Positions 47,683 to 57,906 of a stretch of DNA of 64,000 nucleotides are shown here, in pieces. Every line of letters starts with the position of its first letter. The first letter of the stretch is position 1. Source of the stretch: a virus; the IMG/VR virus record IMGVR_UViG_3300021961_011210, positions 8,886-72,885 of that record; one strand, written 5' to 3'. The translations under genes were made by a program, and so were the position numbers. A model generated the notes under the pieces. That model worked only from the letters and a program-made list of their open reading frames with translations, ran no database searches and had not been told where the DNA came from.

Positions 47683-48605
47683 TTTCTTATATTTGGATAA
47701 TTTTCAGTAAACCATTGTATTGTATTCTTCAACCCATCCTTCAATGGTGTGAATTCAAAGTCGGAAGGTGCGTGGGTAATTGCTGGTTTACGCATTTGCC
47801 CTTTGGGTTTTGTGTCATCGAAAATTAAATCTTCACTATCGACGTTTAGCAAATTACATATTGTTTTAGCGGTTTCTAAGATGGTAACTTCTTCGGGGTT
47901 AATTGCCATAAATGCGTCGTCGGACTTCCAATTATCCATGGACCAAATGATTAATTTTGCTAAATCGTCAGAATATATTAATTGTCTCAACGGTGAACCA
48001 TCACCCCAAACCAACATTTTTTCTTTGTTTTTTCTTGCCAAAAAGGCTCTATGAATCATTGCAGGAACCATATGTCCTTCTTCTAAATGGTAATTATCGT
48101 TTATCCCATATACATTTGTAGGTATCACAGACACCCAATTCGCTTTTAGGACATTTTTGACAATTTTCATTTCATAACCGGCAAGTCTTTTTGCATAGGA
48201 ATAACCATAGTTTGTGAAGTGAGGGGCTCCATTGTCGATTTGATCTGGTGTGAGAGGGTATGTGACTTCTTTGTCGGGAAATATACACGTGGATAATAAA
48301 TTAACAAAATTGGGTATTTCATTTCTAAATGCAGCTTCGATAACATTATTGTTAAGAATAAAGTTATCCAGAAAGAATCCTGTGTTGTTCTTCATATTGG
48401 CTTGGACACCACCAACCTTAGCCGCGCAGTTTATGATTGTGTTGACTCCGTTTCTCTTAACTTGATGAGTAATGTAATCTAAAGTTTTGTTTCTGTCGGT
48501 TAAATCGACTTCAGTTCTTTTATGATATACATGTGAGTCACCTAATTGTCTTTTAAGTGATGATCCGACTAATCCCTCGGAACCCAATACTAAAATTTTT
48601 TTCAT
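47679..48605 (-). CDS. GDP-L-fucose/colitose synthase (Fcl/ColC family epimerase-reductase)
   Basis: GSEGLVG, AAKVGG, STCIFP, YSYAKR, PTNVYG, HMVP, WGDGSPLR. Confidence 0.92.
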   Translation of the reverse strand: MKKILVLGSEGLVGSSLKRQLGDSHVYHKRTEVDLTDRNKTLDYITHQVKRNGVNTIINCAAKVGGVQANMKNNTGFFLDNFILNNNVIEAAFRNEIPNFVNLLSTCIFPDKEVTYPLTPDQIDNGAPHFTNYGYSYAKRLAGYEMKIVKNVLKANWVSVIPTNVYGINDNYHLEEGHMVPAMIHRAFLARKNKEKMLVWGDGSPLRQLIYSDDLAKLIIWSMDNWKSDDAFMAINPEEVTILETAKTICNLLNVDSEDLIFDDTKPKGQMRKPAITHAPSDFEFTPLKDGLKNTIQWFTENYPNIRK

Positions 48606-49663
48606 TTCATATTATTTATTAAGTCCTCCCAAAGTTTATATACTTTTTGTTTTTTTACAATATTAAACTTTTTCATTTCATTAGAAATAGAAGTACTGTC
48701 AAAATCCTCAATAATATTGTGTAAATGATTGAAGTCATCAAAATACGTGATACATGGCATCCAATTTTCGTCATAAAAATCTGATAAAGAAATCCATTTT
48801 TTTATTATATCATCATTTTTGAAGTTGTTTGGATCGACACCAGTAATTGGATTAATTACAGATTTGTTTCCCATATTATTCATGTAATACCAAGAAGATT
48901 CTCCCATGACTTTGTAATCTTTTTTGAATAAATCAAATAAAAACTTCTCACTTGGAAATAGAAGTGGCGTATTCGAGGTGTACTGTTCAAATACCGACAT
49001 GTACGAAGGACAATATGGAAAATGAACTATTCCTTTGTGAGATATTAAATCTTGATACTTGTGATTACCTAAATCAGACTTGTTTATAAATTTATCTGAG
49101 TTTAACTCTGTAAGAGTAGATTTACTGTAATAAACAAATTTATCTTTTGATTGTACGTAACCCTCTCCGTTATAATCACAAAGACTAGGGATATGTTGAA
49201 CCTCTACATCTAAAAATTGTTCGGTGTAAAATTTATCGTACAAGTTGTTTGCCACTAAAATTATTTGTCCATTTTTGTATCCGCTTTGTATAAAATCATT
49301 CGTTTTTTTCCATGAATCTTCTTTAAAAGAAAAGGGCCACTCATACCTTATAGGTATATTCACAATTATTGGTTTGTCAAAGTTTTTGTAAAGATTCACA
49401 AAGGTTGGGGGGTATGTTACAATAAACGCATCGAAACTGTTTAATTTTGTACCAAAACTCGAAAAAAATTCATTCTGATAATCCTCTGCAGATAAATGCA
49501 TCCATCTTCCGTTGTCTAACATAGGAATAGAATCTTTTCTTCGATTAAAAACCCATGTATGATCAGATAAAGACATATCAAAAACTTTATGTCCCAATTC
49601 ACCAAATATTTTTTTCATATCGGCAATTACGGAAATGTGTAAGTCAACATTAAAAAATTTCAT
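48602..49663 (-). CDS. Putative glycosyltransferase (GT-B-like)
   Basis: 353 aa; HKGIVHFPY..S.MSVFEQY....PL.FPS; sugar-operon context. Confidence 0.55.
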   Translation of the reverse strand: MKFFNVDLHISVIADMKKIFGELGHKVFDMSLSDHTWVFNRRKDSIPMLDNGRWMHLSAEDYQNEFFSSFGTKLNSFDAFIVTYPPTFVNLYKNFDKPIIVNIPIRYEWPFSFKEDSWKKTNDFIQSGYKNGQIILVANNLYDKFYTEQFLDVEVQHIPSLCDYNGEGYVQSKDKFVYYSKSTLTELNSDKFINKSDLGNHKYQDLISHKGIVHFPYCPSYMSVFEQYTSNTPLLFPSEKFLFDLFKKDYKVMGESSWYYMNNMGNKSVINPITGVDPNNFKNDDIIKKWISLSDFYDENWMPCITYFDDFNHLHNIIEDFDSTSISNEMKKFNIVKKQKVYKLWEDLINNMK

Positions 49664-49664
49664 A

Positions 49665-50363
49665 TTATTTGTAATTTGTCATTATTGGGTAAGGAAGTTC
49701 TCTAAGAATTCGTTCTCTGTGTTTGTATGATAATGGATGAAAAATATTTCCTAAAATTGTACTCCAATATAAAGGGTAATTTGAACTATTTTGTTCGTGG
49801 GGATGTTTGTGATCTCTTGGGTTTTGGGCGGGATTATTTTTAAGTAAATCATAATAACTTGTCAGTTTTTGATTTACAATATCAAACCATTCTTTGGTAA
49901 AATCTGTTTGAGGTTTACATATGAATGCTCCGCAACCAATTAATAAATTATAATTTTGTTTTAACAATGAATTATCCTTGGGTTCGAAGTCGTCTAACAT
50001 GGTGTTGGCTATGTGATCGGGATGTCGTTCTTGATATCCGACTACGTCAACCTTATGAGTGGAAATTAAAAAATTGAAATACCCTAACCATGAACCTTGT
50101 ACATTTTTTATGTCCGAATACCCTCCACCATAAAAATGCATAAAATAACATCTCAAATAATCAGTTTTATGAACTTCCGATAAAAACTCGAAAGAGGGGT
50201 GTAACGGGTATTCCGTCAATACCCATGATTTCAAATTATACTTTGTAATTAACTGAATTGGAACCCCGCAGTTATTTGTGAGTAATTCAAGATTTTTTTT
50301 CCTGATTTCAGGTAAATCCCCTTCATTCATCCAAAAACAAAATATTCTTTTTTCAAAACCCAT
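49665..50363 (-). CDS. GT32-like glycosyltransferase
   Basis: IFCFW, HKTDYLR...M..YGGGYSDIK. Confidence 0.8.
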   Translation of the reverse strand: MGFEKRIFCFWMNEGDLPEIRKKNLELLTNNCGVPIQLITKYNLKSWVLTEYPLHPSFEFLSEVHKTDYLRCYFMHFYGGGYSDIKNVQGSWLGYFNFLISTHKVDVVGYQERHPDHIANTMLDDFEPKDNSLLKQNYNLLIGCGAFICKPQTDFTKEWFDIVNQKLTSYYDLLKNNPAQNPRDHKHPHEQNSSNYPLYWSTILGNIFHPLSYKHRERILRELPYPIMTNYK

Positions 50364-50988
50364 GTTTTATATAATTCGAAAGTTTTTCTGTTATTAATGT
50401 AGGAAATATATTTTGAATAACCAAATTACGGAGGTAGTAGGCATCTTCCGTGAAATATTTTGTTTCATCAAATTTATGATTTGCAAAAATTTCTTTTGTT
50501 ATTGACACATGTCCGCAGGTAAAATCTAAATGTCCTTGAGTGCTTGTTGGGTAAATGTGACTATCTACTACCATATCAAGATAATTTTTTAAGATTGTTG
50601 GCTTTTCATATTTGGTTCTGCTGAAATCATAATCGGGATAAGATGATTTTTTGTAGTCATGCACAACAACCTTTGAATTTTTGAAGGCTTCTAATAAGAA
50701 CTCATTTCGTTGTACATGACATGTATCATCTGCATCAATAAATGAAATTATATCTGTATCCAAATTAGATGCTGCTATGTTGCGATTGGCAGATGCTCCC
50801 AAGTTATAATTAACCATCGAAACAATAACTTCAAACTTATAATCTTTAGGTAATTGGTAGTTTGAAACACCTGAAATACTTAAAGAAACTTTGTCAGGGA
50901 GTACTGTTGATTCTTCAATCGAATCCAAAATTCTTGTGAGGTATGCTAAGTCTTTTCTACCTACAGGGATTGCAATTCCTAAAGTCAT
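50353..50988 (-). CDS. GT2 glycosyltransferase
   Basis: IAIP, GASANRN, SFIDADD, ED. Confidence 0.85.
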   Translation of the reverse strand: MTLGIAIPVGRKDLAYLTRILDSIEESTVLPDKVSLSISGVSNYQLPKDYKFEVIVSMVNYNLGASANRNIAASNLDTDIISFIDADDTCHVQRNEFLLEAFKNSKVVVHDYKKSSYPDYDFSRTKYEKPTILKNYLDMVVDSHIYPTSTQGHLDFTCGHVSITKEIFANHKFDETKYFTEDAYYLRNLVIQNIFPTLITEKLSNYIKHGF

Positions 50989-51653
50989 AATACTAATTTA
51001 TAATCGTCGGTTAATGGTTCATCATTTATATTCATACGTTCCCCAACAAATCTGCCGTTTACCCTTTCAATGGGGAACGGTTTTTTTTCGAAAAAGTCGT
51101 CATGTGTGGTTCTATCTTCTTGAAACATTTGATAGATTACTCTCAGAAAATTCTGATCATCTCCATAGTTATTTCTCGAAACATTTGGGTATTTCAAAAT
51201 AAGTTTAGTTAGATTTACAACACCTCCTTTAATTCCCCACATTCCTCCTAACATTCCCAATTCAAAGTTTCCTGCTGGTACACTGTGGTACGGGTGATCT
51301 CTCATTACATGTAATGTTTTACCACTTGAAATCCATTCTTCTACTGCCAACTTCTCACGAACACTGACTCTTGAATCTGTGTCACGAAATATCGCATATT
51401 CACAGTCCTCCAAATCGGCAGCCAAAAATCTCCAAAACATTCCATAGATTCCCATGGTTGTAACATCAATACATTTAATCCCCATTGATTCTAGTTTACG
51501 AATAATTGCGGGAGAAACTGTATTGTTATAATATACTATCATCTCCCAACCTTCATAAATCAATTTGTATTGTTCTGCATTTTTAATTGCACCAATGCTG
51601 TAAATCGGATCTTTTCCCCAAAGACTAAAACTAATGTATCGTTTATTTCTCAT
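50985..51653 (-). CDS. Putative GT-A glycosyltransferase
   Basis: ISFSLWG..P.Y..GA..N, MFWRF, FRDTDSR, MRDHP.H, GGMWG, DQ.FL. Confidence 0.7.
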   Translation of the reverse strand: MRNKRYISFSLWGKDPIYSIGAIKNAEQYKLIYEGWEMIVYYNNTVSPAIIRKLESMGIKCIDVTTMGIYGMFWRFLAADLEDCEYAIFRDTDSRVSVREKLAVEEWISSGKTLHVMRDHPYHSVPAGNFELGMLGGMWGIKGGVVNLTKLILKYPNVSRNNYGDDQNFLRVIYQMFQEDRTTHDDFFEKKPFPIERVNGRFVGERMNINDEPLTDDYKLVL

Positions 51654-52390
51654 TTCAGTTGTTCATAAAATTTTTCAAATCTATTTGGTTCCAAAGGTGA
51701 TGTACCATGCGAGTTCAGTTGAAAATGCTCAACATAATCTTTGGCTAAAAAAACTTTTCCTTTCGTTGTAAAATAAAAAAAACTTAAACTTCTTTCGTGT
51801 GCATGTCCGGCATATTGAAAATCTTTCATCGATTCAAAAACAGGTTCAAACCACTTTAAATATTCTATGAGATATTCTGTTCTCCATGTTGTGTTACTTG
51901 TTGCACTCCATTGTGTATTAGATGGGAGTTTGGATAGTAACTCATCTATGTCGACACCGTGTTTATCTTTAATTTTCTCAATCATCAAATCACTCCATAT
52001 TCTGTCTTTGATATAACAAGGTTCTTGTAACGACATAGGAAAAAACCCAATAAAATCCATTTTTGTCTTCGATAATTTAGTGACAAAGTCGGAGACATCC
52101 TTTTTGATATTCATATCATATTCAAACATTATTGAATATTCAGAAGTTAAAAGTCCATTTTTCCAAAGAGCATACCATCCGGTAAATGACGTCCATTTAG
52201 GGTACTGTTCTATATTGATTGGAAGGTTTCGAGCTATTATGACGTTCTCTAAATTTTCTACTTTATCAATATTCCCATTACCGACAAAAACATATTTGAG
52301 ATTAGGGAGTTCGGAAAATTTATTGGTGTTCAAATAATCAATTATAACGTTTTGATTATGTACAAATATAAAAGAAGATATCAGGTTCAT
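51650..52390 (-). CDS. Putative GT-A-like glycosyltransferase
   Basis: FTGWYALWKN, FEYD, HAHER; operon context. Confidence 0.55.
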   Translation of the reverse strand: MNLISSFIFVHNQNVIIDYLNTNKFSELPNLKYVFVGNGNIDKVENLENVIIARNLPINIEQYPKWTSFTGWYALWKNGLLTSEYSIMFEYDMNIKKDVSDFVTKLSKTKMDFIGFFPMSLQEPCYIKDRIWSDLMIEKIKDKHGVDIDELLSKLPSNTQWSATSNTTWRTEYLIEYLKWFEPVFESMKDFQYAGHAHERSLSFFYFTTKGKVFLAKDYVEHFQLNSHGTSPLEPNRFEKFYEQLK

Positions 52391-53115
52391 ATCAATTTAA
52401 TTGCGTTTTTATTTAGATATGCAGTATACTCCACAGCGTTTTTAAGTCTATAATGAGTATTTAAATTGTGTTGTCTGTTAAATGTTGATTGTCGGGATGC
52501 TAATGTTTCATATCTTTTGATTACATATTCTGGCGCCAAATACTTGTAATGTAAAAGCATCAATTCGGCTTTTTCCGATTCTTTATAATCACTTGCATTT
52601 GACTGATGTGCTCCGAAACCAAAAACCATGTCAACATCAGGATTGAAAACAATATTTTTACACATTGGTTCATAAGTTTCATGTGAACCGTATTGTACGA
52701 TTTCAGTAATGAGTCTACCATCGTATTGTGGAAATTTTTTACTAAACATATCTCTCCCGTCTATTTTAGGAACTTGAATACCTTTTTCTTTGTATTCAGC
52801 AAGTTTTTGCAGTAGATTCGGGTGGTATAGTATTTCATCACAATCACAAGTGATAACCCAATCAACATTTTGATTTCTACTTTTTGTACGATATTCTAAA
52901 GATTTTATCTTTCTGTTTATATCGTCGTTCATAGAGTCTTCACTTTCCCACTTTATAACCTCGACTTTTTCGTACTTTTCATAAATTTCATCAGAAGAAT
53001 CTGTGGACATGTTATCATACACAAAAATTTTACTACAAATAGTTGAGTAATAATCCAAAATGAATGGGAGAATTTTTTCTTCATTCCAAGCTATTATATG
53101 TGCGTGAATATTCAT
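52387..53115 (-). CDS. GT2-like glycosyltransferase
   Basis: WNEE..L, YDNMSTD.S, WVITCDCDE, LLHYK. Confidence 0.85.
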   Translation of the reverse strand: MNIHAHIIAWNEEKILPFILDYYSTICSKIFVYDNMSTDSSDEIYEKYEKVEVIKWESEDSMNDDINRKIKSLEYRTKSRNQNVDWVITCDCDEILYHPNLLQKLAEYKEKGIQVPKIDGRDMFSKKFPQYDGRLITEIVQYGSHETYEPMCKNIVFNPDVDMVFGFGAHQSNASDYKESEKAELMLLHYKYLAPEYVIKRYETLASRQSTFNRQHNLNTHYRLKNAVEYTAYLNKNAIKLI

Positions 53116-53116
53116 A

Positions 53117-53902
53117 TTACAATTTTAAATTTTTTTTCCATAATTCTAAAACTTCTTGATTGGACAATTTAGAAACTTCATTTTGTGTTTCTTCATTACC
53201 GTAAAAATCTGTGCCTGTAAGATAAGATTCGTCCTTCACTAAACAAGCAACTTCTCCCTTTGACGAATGGTAAACCCTTCCAATCATGTCATACATTTCT
53301 TGTTTGTTTGTAGTATGCCCATAAAGAACAACTTCAGGAGTTAAAAGCGGTTTGACAAACTTTTGGAAATAGTTTGAATCACCAATATGTCCGAATAAGT
53401 AAATTTTTTCGCATTTATCTTTTTTAGCTCGTATTATAGAAATGTGTGTTTGTTTTCTTTCCTCGATTGTTCCAATTATACCAGCCACTTTTGAAACTTG
53501 GGTTTTGTCTTTTTTTTCTAAATTTTCTTTCAGATTCGGAATAATAACAAAGTCTTCATTGTAATCCGAGTGGTAATCACGATGTTGTTGATGTAGAAAT
53601 ACTACTTTGTCAAAATATTTTTTTATTTTACCAACAGGAAACCACCATTTTTCATGGCAAGACAATAGAACAACTTCAGCGTTTGGACGAGAGTCGAGTT
53701 GTGTGAAATGATAAATAAGTCTATCATCCTCTTCAATTTTTAAATTTTCAATTTTGTCTGATTTACATTTTCCCAAGTGATAATCTTGATTACCATATAG
53801 AGTGCAATCGATACCGTTTTCGTTCAAAAAATTTGTCAGTGTTATAAAAGCAACCGTAGAACCGCCTTTATCTGTGTATCCTGATATAATTTTTACTTTC
53901 AT
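53117..53902 (-). CDS. GT-B-like glycosyltransferase
   Basis: GGST.A...L, IPN, GIIG.I..RK, HSSKGEVACLVKDE...G. Confidence 0.72.
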   Translation of the reverse strand: MKVKIISGYTDKGGSTVAFITLTNFLNENGIDCTLYGNQDYHLGKCKSDKIENLKIEEDDRLIYHFTQLDSRPNAEVVLLSCHEKWWFPVGKIKKYFDKVVFLHQQHRDYHSDYNEDFVIIPNLKENLEKKDKTQVSKVAGIIGTIEERKQTHISIIRAKKDKCEKIYLFGHIGDSNYFQKFVKPLLTPEVVLYGHTTNKQEMYDMIGRVYHSSKGEVACLVKDESYLTGTDFYGNEETQNEVSKLSNQEVLELWKKNLKL

Positions 53903-55350
53903 TTTTGTTGTGTGATGAAGGGGTGTAGTTCCTTATTATTTTGCACAGATTGATTCAAATTTTTAAAGTCCAACAAAGTTCTTTCCAAAAAGTAGTCAGC
54001 CAAAAATCCATTTTGAACCACTAAAGAATTAGTGTCAACCAAAACTTTTTTCTTTTTGGATGATAACATCATTGCAAACTCATTGAAAAATAAACTGTTC
54101 TCGTAGTTAATGTTAAACCAATCAACTAATTTTAAACTCGCGGGTGACGTACATATAAAATTAACAAAATTACCTACAGGATTATTGACGTTTCCAAACG
54201 AATAATTGTAGAAAGAGTTTTGATGATTCAAATGAAGTCCTAAGTGATTTTGTTTACTCAAAGTGATGTATAATGATGAAGATAATACGTTATTTCTCTC
54301 ATCAAAAGCTAAAGGGAATGAGCATCCAAATTCACGTTTGGATTGCTTATAAGTCTCAGACATATTGAAAAAAACATCATTTAAAATATCAACTTCATCT
54401 GTTGAAATGAATACCAATTCAACACCCTCCAAAATTTCATCTTGATATTTTAGTATTGAAGAATTTTTTGGGAAGTCGTTGAAAAAACCCTCAAAAACTT
54501 CTACTCCTTCAATTGACTGCAAATCTTCATAGTTGTTGTCATTAGATATAACACAAATTTCTAGGGTTTCGTGATTATATGTTTTAACAGTTTCTACAAA
54601 GTTTTTTGTTTTTTCTGTGTCAGTCGATTGAACAAGTAGGATTGAAGGAATTTTCAATTTATTTATTTTCTTGTTAAGAATAATTTCAGGTTTCATAAAA
54701 ATAGGTAAGTTATCATCATACTTTTCGATAAAGTATTCACGATTAGTTTCCCATTGCTCATTGGTTTGTCCCACAGATTTATGGGTAATTCTAACGTCAA
54801 AAATGACACCGATTTTTACGTTTTGAAGGTAATTCGAGACACAAAAATCTAAATCATAAAAGTGAAAACCTTCAATATCCTTTCCAAAAGGATTTTGTAT
54901 TTTTGTTTTATTAACTGCGATGAAAACTCCATCAACAATCACAGTAGGGATTATTTCATTAACCCAATTTTTACAATATTTTGATTCCCAACGTTTACCA
55001 TCACTTTCGTGGTTTACAATGCCAACCATTTTCGACGGGTCTTCCCACCATTTACCTGATGCTGGTAAATTTGTAGTTCCTGCCACACCAAGAATTCCGT
55101 AATCAGATTCTTCAAAGTGTTTTACTAATTTTCGTGCCCATGATTTTGTATCGAACATAATATCGTCATGACAAAGAAGAACGATGTCATTTGAAGAATC
55201 TTGAAGTGCTCTATTATAAATTTCAGTTAAAGAATATTCTCCATTATTCTCATAAGGAAGGATTTCTATGTTTTTTAAACCTGATGTATTTTGAATTTGT
55301 TGTACAAATTTTTCGTCAATTTTTCTTGTGCTGAATGCTACTGTAACCAT
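53899..55350 (-). CDS. GT-A glycosyltransferase with a degenerate second GT-like domain
   Basis: YNRAL, LCHDDI, GVAG, VDGVF, FHFYDLD, H.S.G. Confidence 0.82.
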   Translation of the reverse strand: MVTVAFSTRKIDEKFVQQIQNTSGLKNIEILPYENNGEYSLTEIYNRALQDSSNDIVLLCHDDIMFDTKSWARKLVKHFEESDYGILGVAGTTNLPASGKWWEDPSKMVGIVNHESDGKRWESKYCKNWVNEIIPTVIVDGVFIAVNKTKIQNPFGKDIEGFHFYDLDFCVSNYLQNVKIGVIFDVRITHKSVGQTNEQWETNREYFIEKYDDNLPIFMKPEIILNKKINKLKIPSILLVQSTDTEKTKNFVETVKTYNHETLEICVISNDNNYEDLQSIEGVEVFEGFFNDFPKNSSILKYQDEILEGVELVFISTDEVDILNDVFFNMSETYKQSKREFGCSFPLAFDERNNVLSSSLYITLSKQNHLGLHLNHQNSFYNYSFGNVNNPVGNFVNFICTSPASLKLVDWFNINYENSLFFNEFAMMLSSKKKKVLVDTNSLVVQNGFLADYFLERTLLDFKNLNQSVQNNKELHPFITQQK

Positions 55351-55352
55351 AA

Positions 55353-55943
55353 TTAAATTCCTGTTGAGCCGAAGCCGTTATTATTTCTATCTTTATTTTG
55401 AAAGTCTTTCACTTTCGTAAGTTTTACTCTTGAACCTGGGAGCACAGGACATAAAACTGCCTGTGCTATTTTTTCACCGCGATTTATAGTATGGGAAACG
55501 TTGTCCATGTTTATAAGAATGACTTTTATTTCCCCTGTATATCCCTCATCAACTGTACCTGGTGTATTTAGAACCGTTATACCTTTATTAATTGCTAATC
55601 CACTTTTTGGACGAATTTGGATTTCGTAATTTTTTGGAATGTTGAAGAAAATTCCTGTACTTACAAGGCATCTACCAAACGGGGATAAATGTACTTCTTC
55701 ATTTGCTCTTAAATCAATACCAGAATCTGTAGGATATGCATAACTTAATTCTACGTTGTCAGACTTATCGACGTATTCCAATACCACTTTCATGTTTTCA
55801 AAATCTTTTAGAATATTGTCAAATGATGAATCATCAATACCTAAAGAAGACAAAACATCTTCAGGAGTGGAGTTCTCAGAGATGTTACGAAGCTTGTTCA
55901 GTAACTTAGCGGTGTCTTTAATATTTTTTAGTTTGTTAATCAT
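55353..55943 (-). CDS. dut: dUTPase (trimeric)
   Basis: SGIDL, RPKSG, GTVDEGYTGEI, KIAQ, R...GFGSTG. Confidence 0.95.
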   Translation of the reverse strand: MINKLKNIKDTAKLLNKLRNISENSTPEDVLSSLGIDDSSFDNILKDFENMKVVLEYVDKSDNVELSYAYPTDSGIDLRANEEVHLSPFGRCLVSTGIFFNIPKNYEIQIRPKSGLAINKGITVLNTPGTVDEGYTGEIKVILINMDNVSHTINRGEKIAQAVLCPVLPGSRVKLTKVKDFQNKDRNNNGFGSTGI

Positions 55944-55944
55944 G

Positions 55945-56646
55945 TTATTCTAATGTATAAAATTTTTGTACAACATTAATTAAAACCTCAACGTCCTTTT
56001 CACAATATTTTTCAATTTCATTGAGTTGATTTTTGAACCAATACGCTTCATGAACTTTATTACCGACTACCTCCATATTTTTTGAGGATTCAACACCCAT
56101 GCACACACACATTAATTCCAAAGAGCCAATAGTAGAAAAACTACCAAACTGCCACAATTCTTTGGTATCAAGTGCTTTAATTTCCCAAGGTTTTGTATCG
56201 TGAGACGGAAGTATGTCTGCCGGTTTAATTCCATTTATAATCATCCTTTTTGCTAAAACTGGTATATCGAATCCTTTCGCATTATGTCCACAAAGGTAAA
56301 ATCCAAGTTTACCTATTTTTTTCAAAAGGTAATTCAAGTCTTTAAGGATTTGTTTTTCATCGTCGCCACTGAAACTTTGCATCTTTATTTCACCTTTAGG
56401 ATCAACATACCCGACACTGATACAAACTACTTTTAAAAATTCAGCTACTAAAGCAGCTTTGTTATAAAACATTATGTCTGCACCTTCACCTTGATGTTCA
56501 GGAAACCTTTTTTCGAACCAATCAAGATAATTTTCGAACTGATAAGAAAGAGCGGGGTGATTTTGTTTGAAAGTTGGAAAATCTTTTTCCAAACCCACGG
56601 TCTCTATGTCAATAAATAAAATTTTTGTTATTGGTATGTTTATCAT
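55945..56646 (-). CDS. 3'-5' exonuclease, PolB-exo-like (DEDDy)
   Basis: FIDIET, GHNAKGFD, YCEKD. Confidence 0.88.
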   Translation of the reverse strand: MINIPITKILFIDIETVGLEKDFPTFKQNHPALSYQFENYLDWFEKRFPEHQGEGADIMFYNKAALVAEFLKVVCISVGYVDPKGEIKMQSFSGDDEKQILKDLNYLLKKIGKLGFYLCGHNAKGFDIPVLAKRMIINGIKPADILPSHDTKPWEIKALDTKELWQFGSFSTIGSLELMCVCMGVESSKNMEVVGNKVHEAYWFKNQLNEIEKYCEKDVEVLINVVQKFYTLE

Positions 56647-57857
56647 TTTAAAAGTGATTTATAAAGTTCTGCTCTATTTTTGGTTACAATTCTTAAATCA
56701 TATGTATCTTTTACGGTTTCGTATAGTTTTTGTCCTAAATCGTATGCCATATTCGGATTGTCTATCAATAGTTTAATATTTTTATACCAATCATTGTAAT
56801 TTTTGTACTCATTTACTAAAAGGGCATTACCATCAGTAAATTTTTTACTAACGTAAGCACTTTTCAAATCAACAGTATACGGTCCAAAGTCAGATGCTAT
56901 TATGGCTTTTTTGTAAAATCCTGCTTCAATTACCTTCAGTTGTGATTTAACCTTGTTAAAAATGTGACTTTTAATTGGTGCTAAAGATACATCAAACTTT
57001 GAATAATTTTTTGCGTAAGACGTAACAGGACGAGTCCATACTCTTTGATAGTATTCGTCGGGAAAACTAATACTATTATCCTCTTTGAATTTCATTAAAA
57101 ATTCTTTATACTCTGGCGACATCATGGAATGGTTAGATGTGACAATTTGTTCATATTTATACCATACAGTTTCCAATGGTTTGATTGGACGACTCTTTTG
57201 TTCTCCTGTTTGTGCATTTATTTCAGTCATAGAACCTCTCGTATCGAATCCGCAAAGGTATAATTGAATTTTATCTTGATATGGTTTGAGTCTATCGAAG
57301 GTATTTCCAAAAAGTTCTAAGTCGTGCAAGTGAGATGACCCTCCAAGCCACCCAAATCTCAATTTATCAGAAGGGGTTGTGGGTTCTTTGAATTGACTTT
57401 CATCTGGATTAATTGAATTTGGAATAACAAAAACATTTTTGTTTATCTTTGAAATTTCCTGAGCAAATAAAGAAGTGGTGGTTGTTACATACTTAGCCAC
57501 CTTAATATTATTTTTGATTTTTTCAAAAAGATTATTTTGAATAACTAATTGATGTGCGGGATGTTCCCGAGTTGGTAACCAATAATCGTCAATATCGAGT
57601 ATTGTAACGATACCTGCATTATTTAATTTTTGAATAACCGCACTCGATTTTTCGTAATCCGGATTGAGAGTTCTGTGAAAATGAACAATTTGATATTTTT
57701 TCCAATAGTTCATATCATCCATCTTTGGATCGTAGTCAATATCTACGTGGAACTCATCAGGGTAAAGATTTTGTAAAAATATGTGTGGTTCCACCGATCG
57801 GAACTTCCCAACGCCTGTTCTGTCAGACGGGAGCACTAATACATTGATTTTTTCCAT
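56643..57857 (-). CDS. GT-B glycosyltransferase
   Basis: G...FR...P, DIDDYW, IPNSI, GWLGGSSH..D, LAPI....FN.VKS.LK.IEAG. Confidence 0.82.
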   Translation of the reverse strand: MEKINVLVLPSDRTGVGKFRSVEPHIFLQNLYPDEFHVDIDYDPKMDDMNYWKKYQIVHFHRTLNPDYEKSSAVIQKLNNAGIVTILDIDDYWLPTREHPAHQLVIQNNLFEKIKNNIKVAKYVTTTTSLFAQEISKINKNVFVIPNSINPDESQFKEPTTPSDKLRFGWLGGSSHLHDLELFGNTFDRLKPYQDKIQLYLCGFDTRGSMTEINAQTGEQKSRPIKPLETVWYKYEQIVTSNHSMMSPEYKEFLMKFKEDNSISFPDEYYQRVWTRPVTSYAKNYSKFDVSLAPIKSHIFNKVKSQLKVIEAGFYKKAIIASDFGPYTVDLKSAYVSKKFTDGNALLVNEYKNYNDWYKNIKLLIDNPNMAYDLGQKLYETVKDTYDLRIVTKNRAELYKSLLK

Positions 57858-57906
57858 TAATGTGAATTTGTAAAATTATAACAAATTCAATGGAACAAAA
57901 AAAGGG

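Noticed and set aside
41257-57857. Bacterial LPS/capsule locus (host contamination or prophage flank)
   Set aside because: It is contiguous and coupled with phage genes (dUTPase, gp55-like sigma), is flanked by structural genes and has no wzx, wzy or transporter genes.
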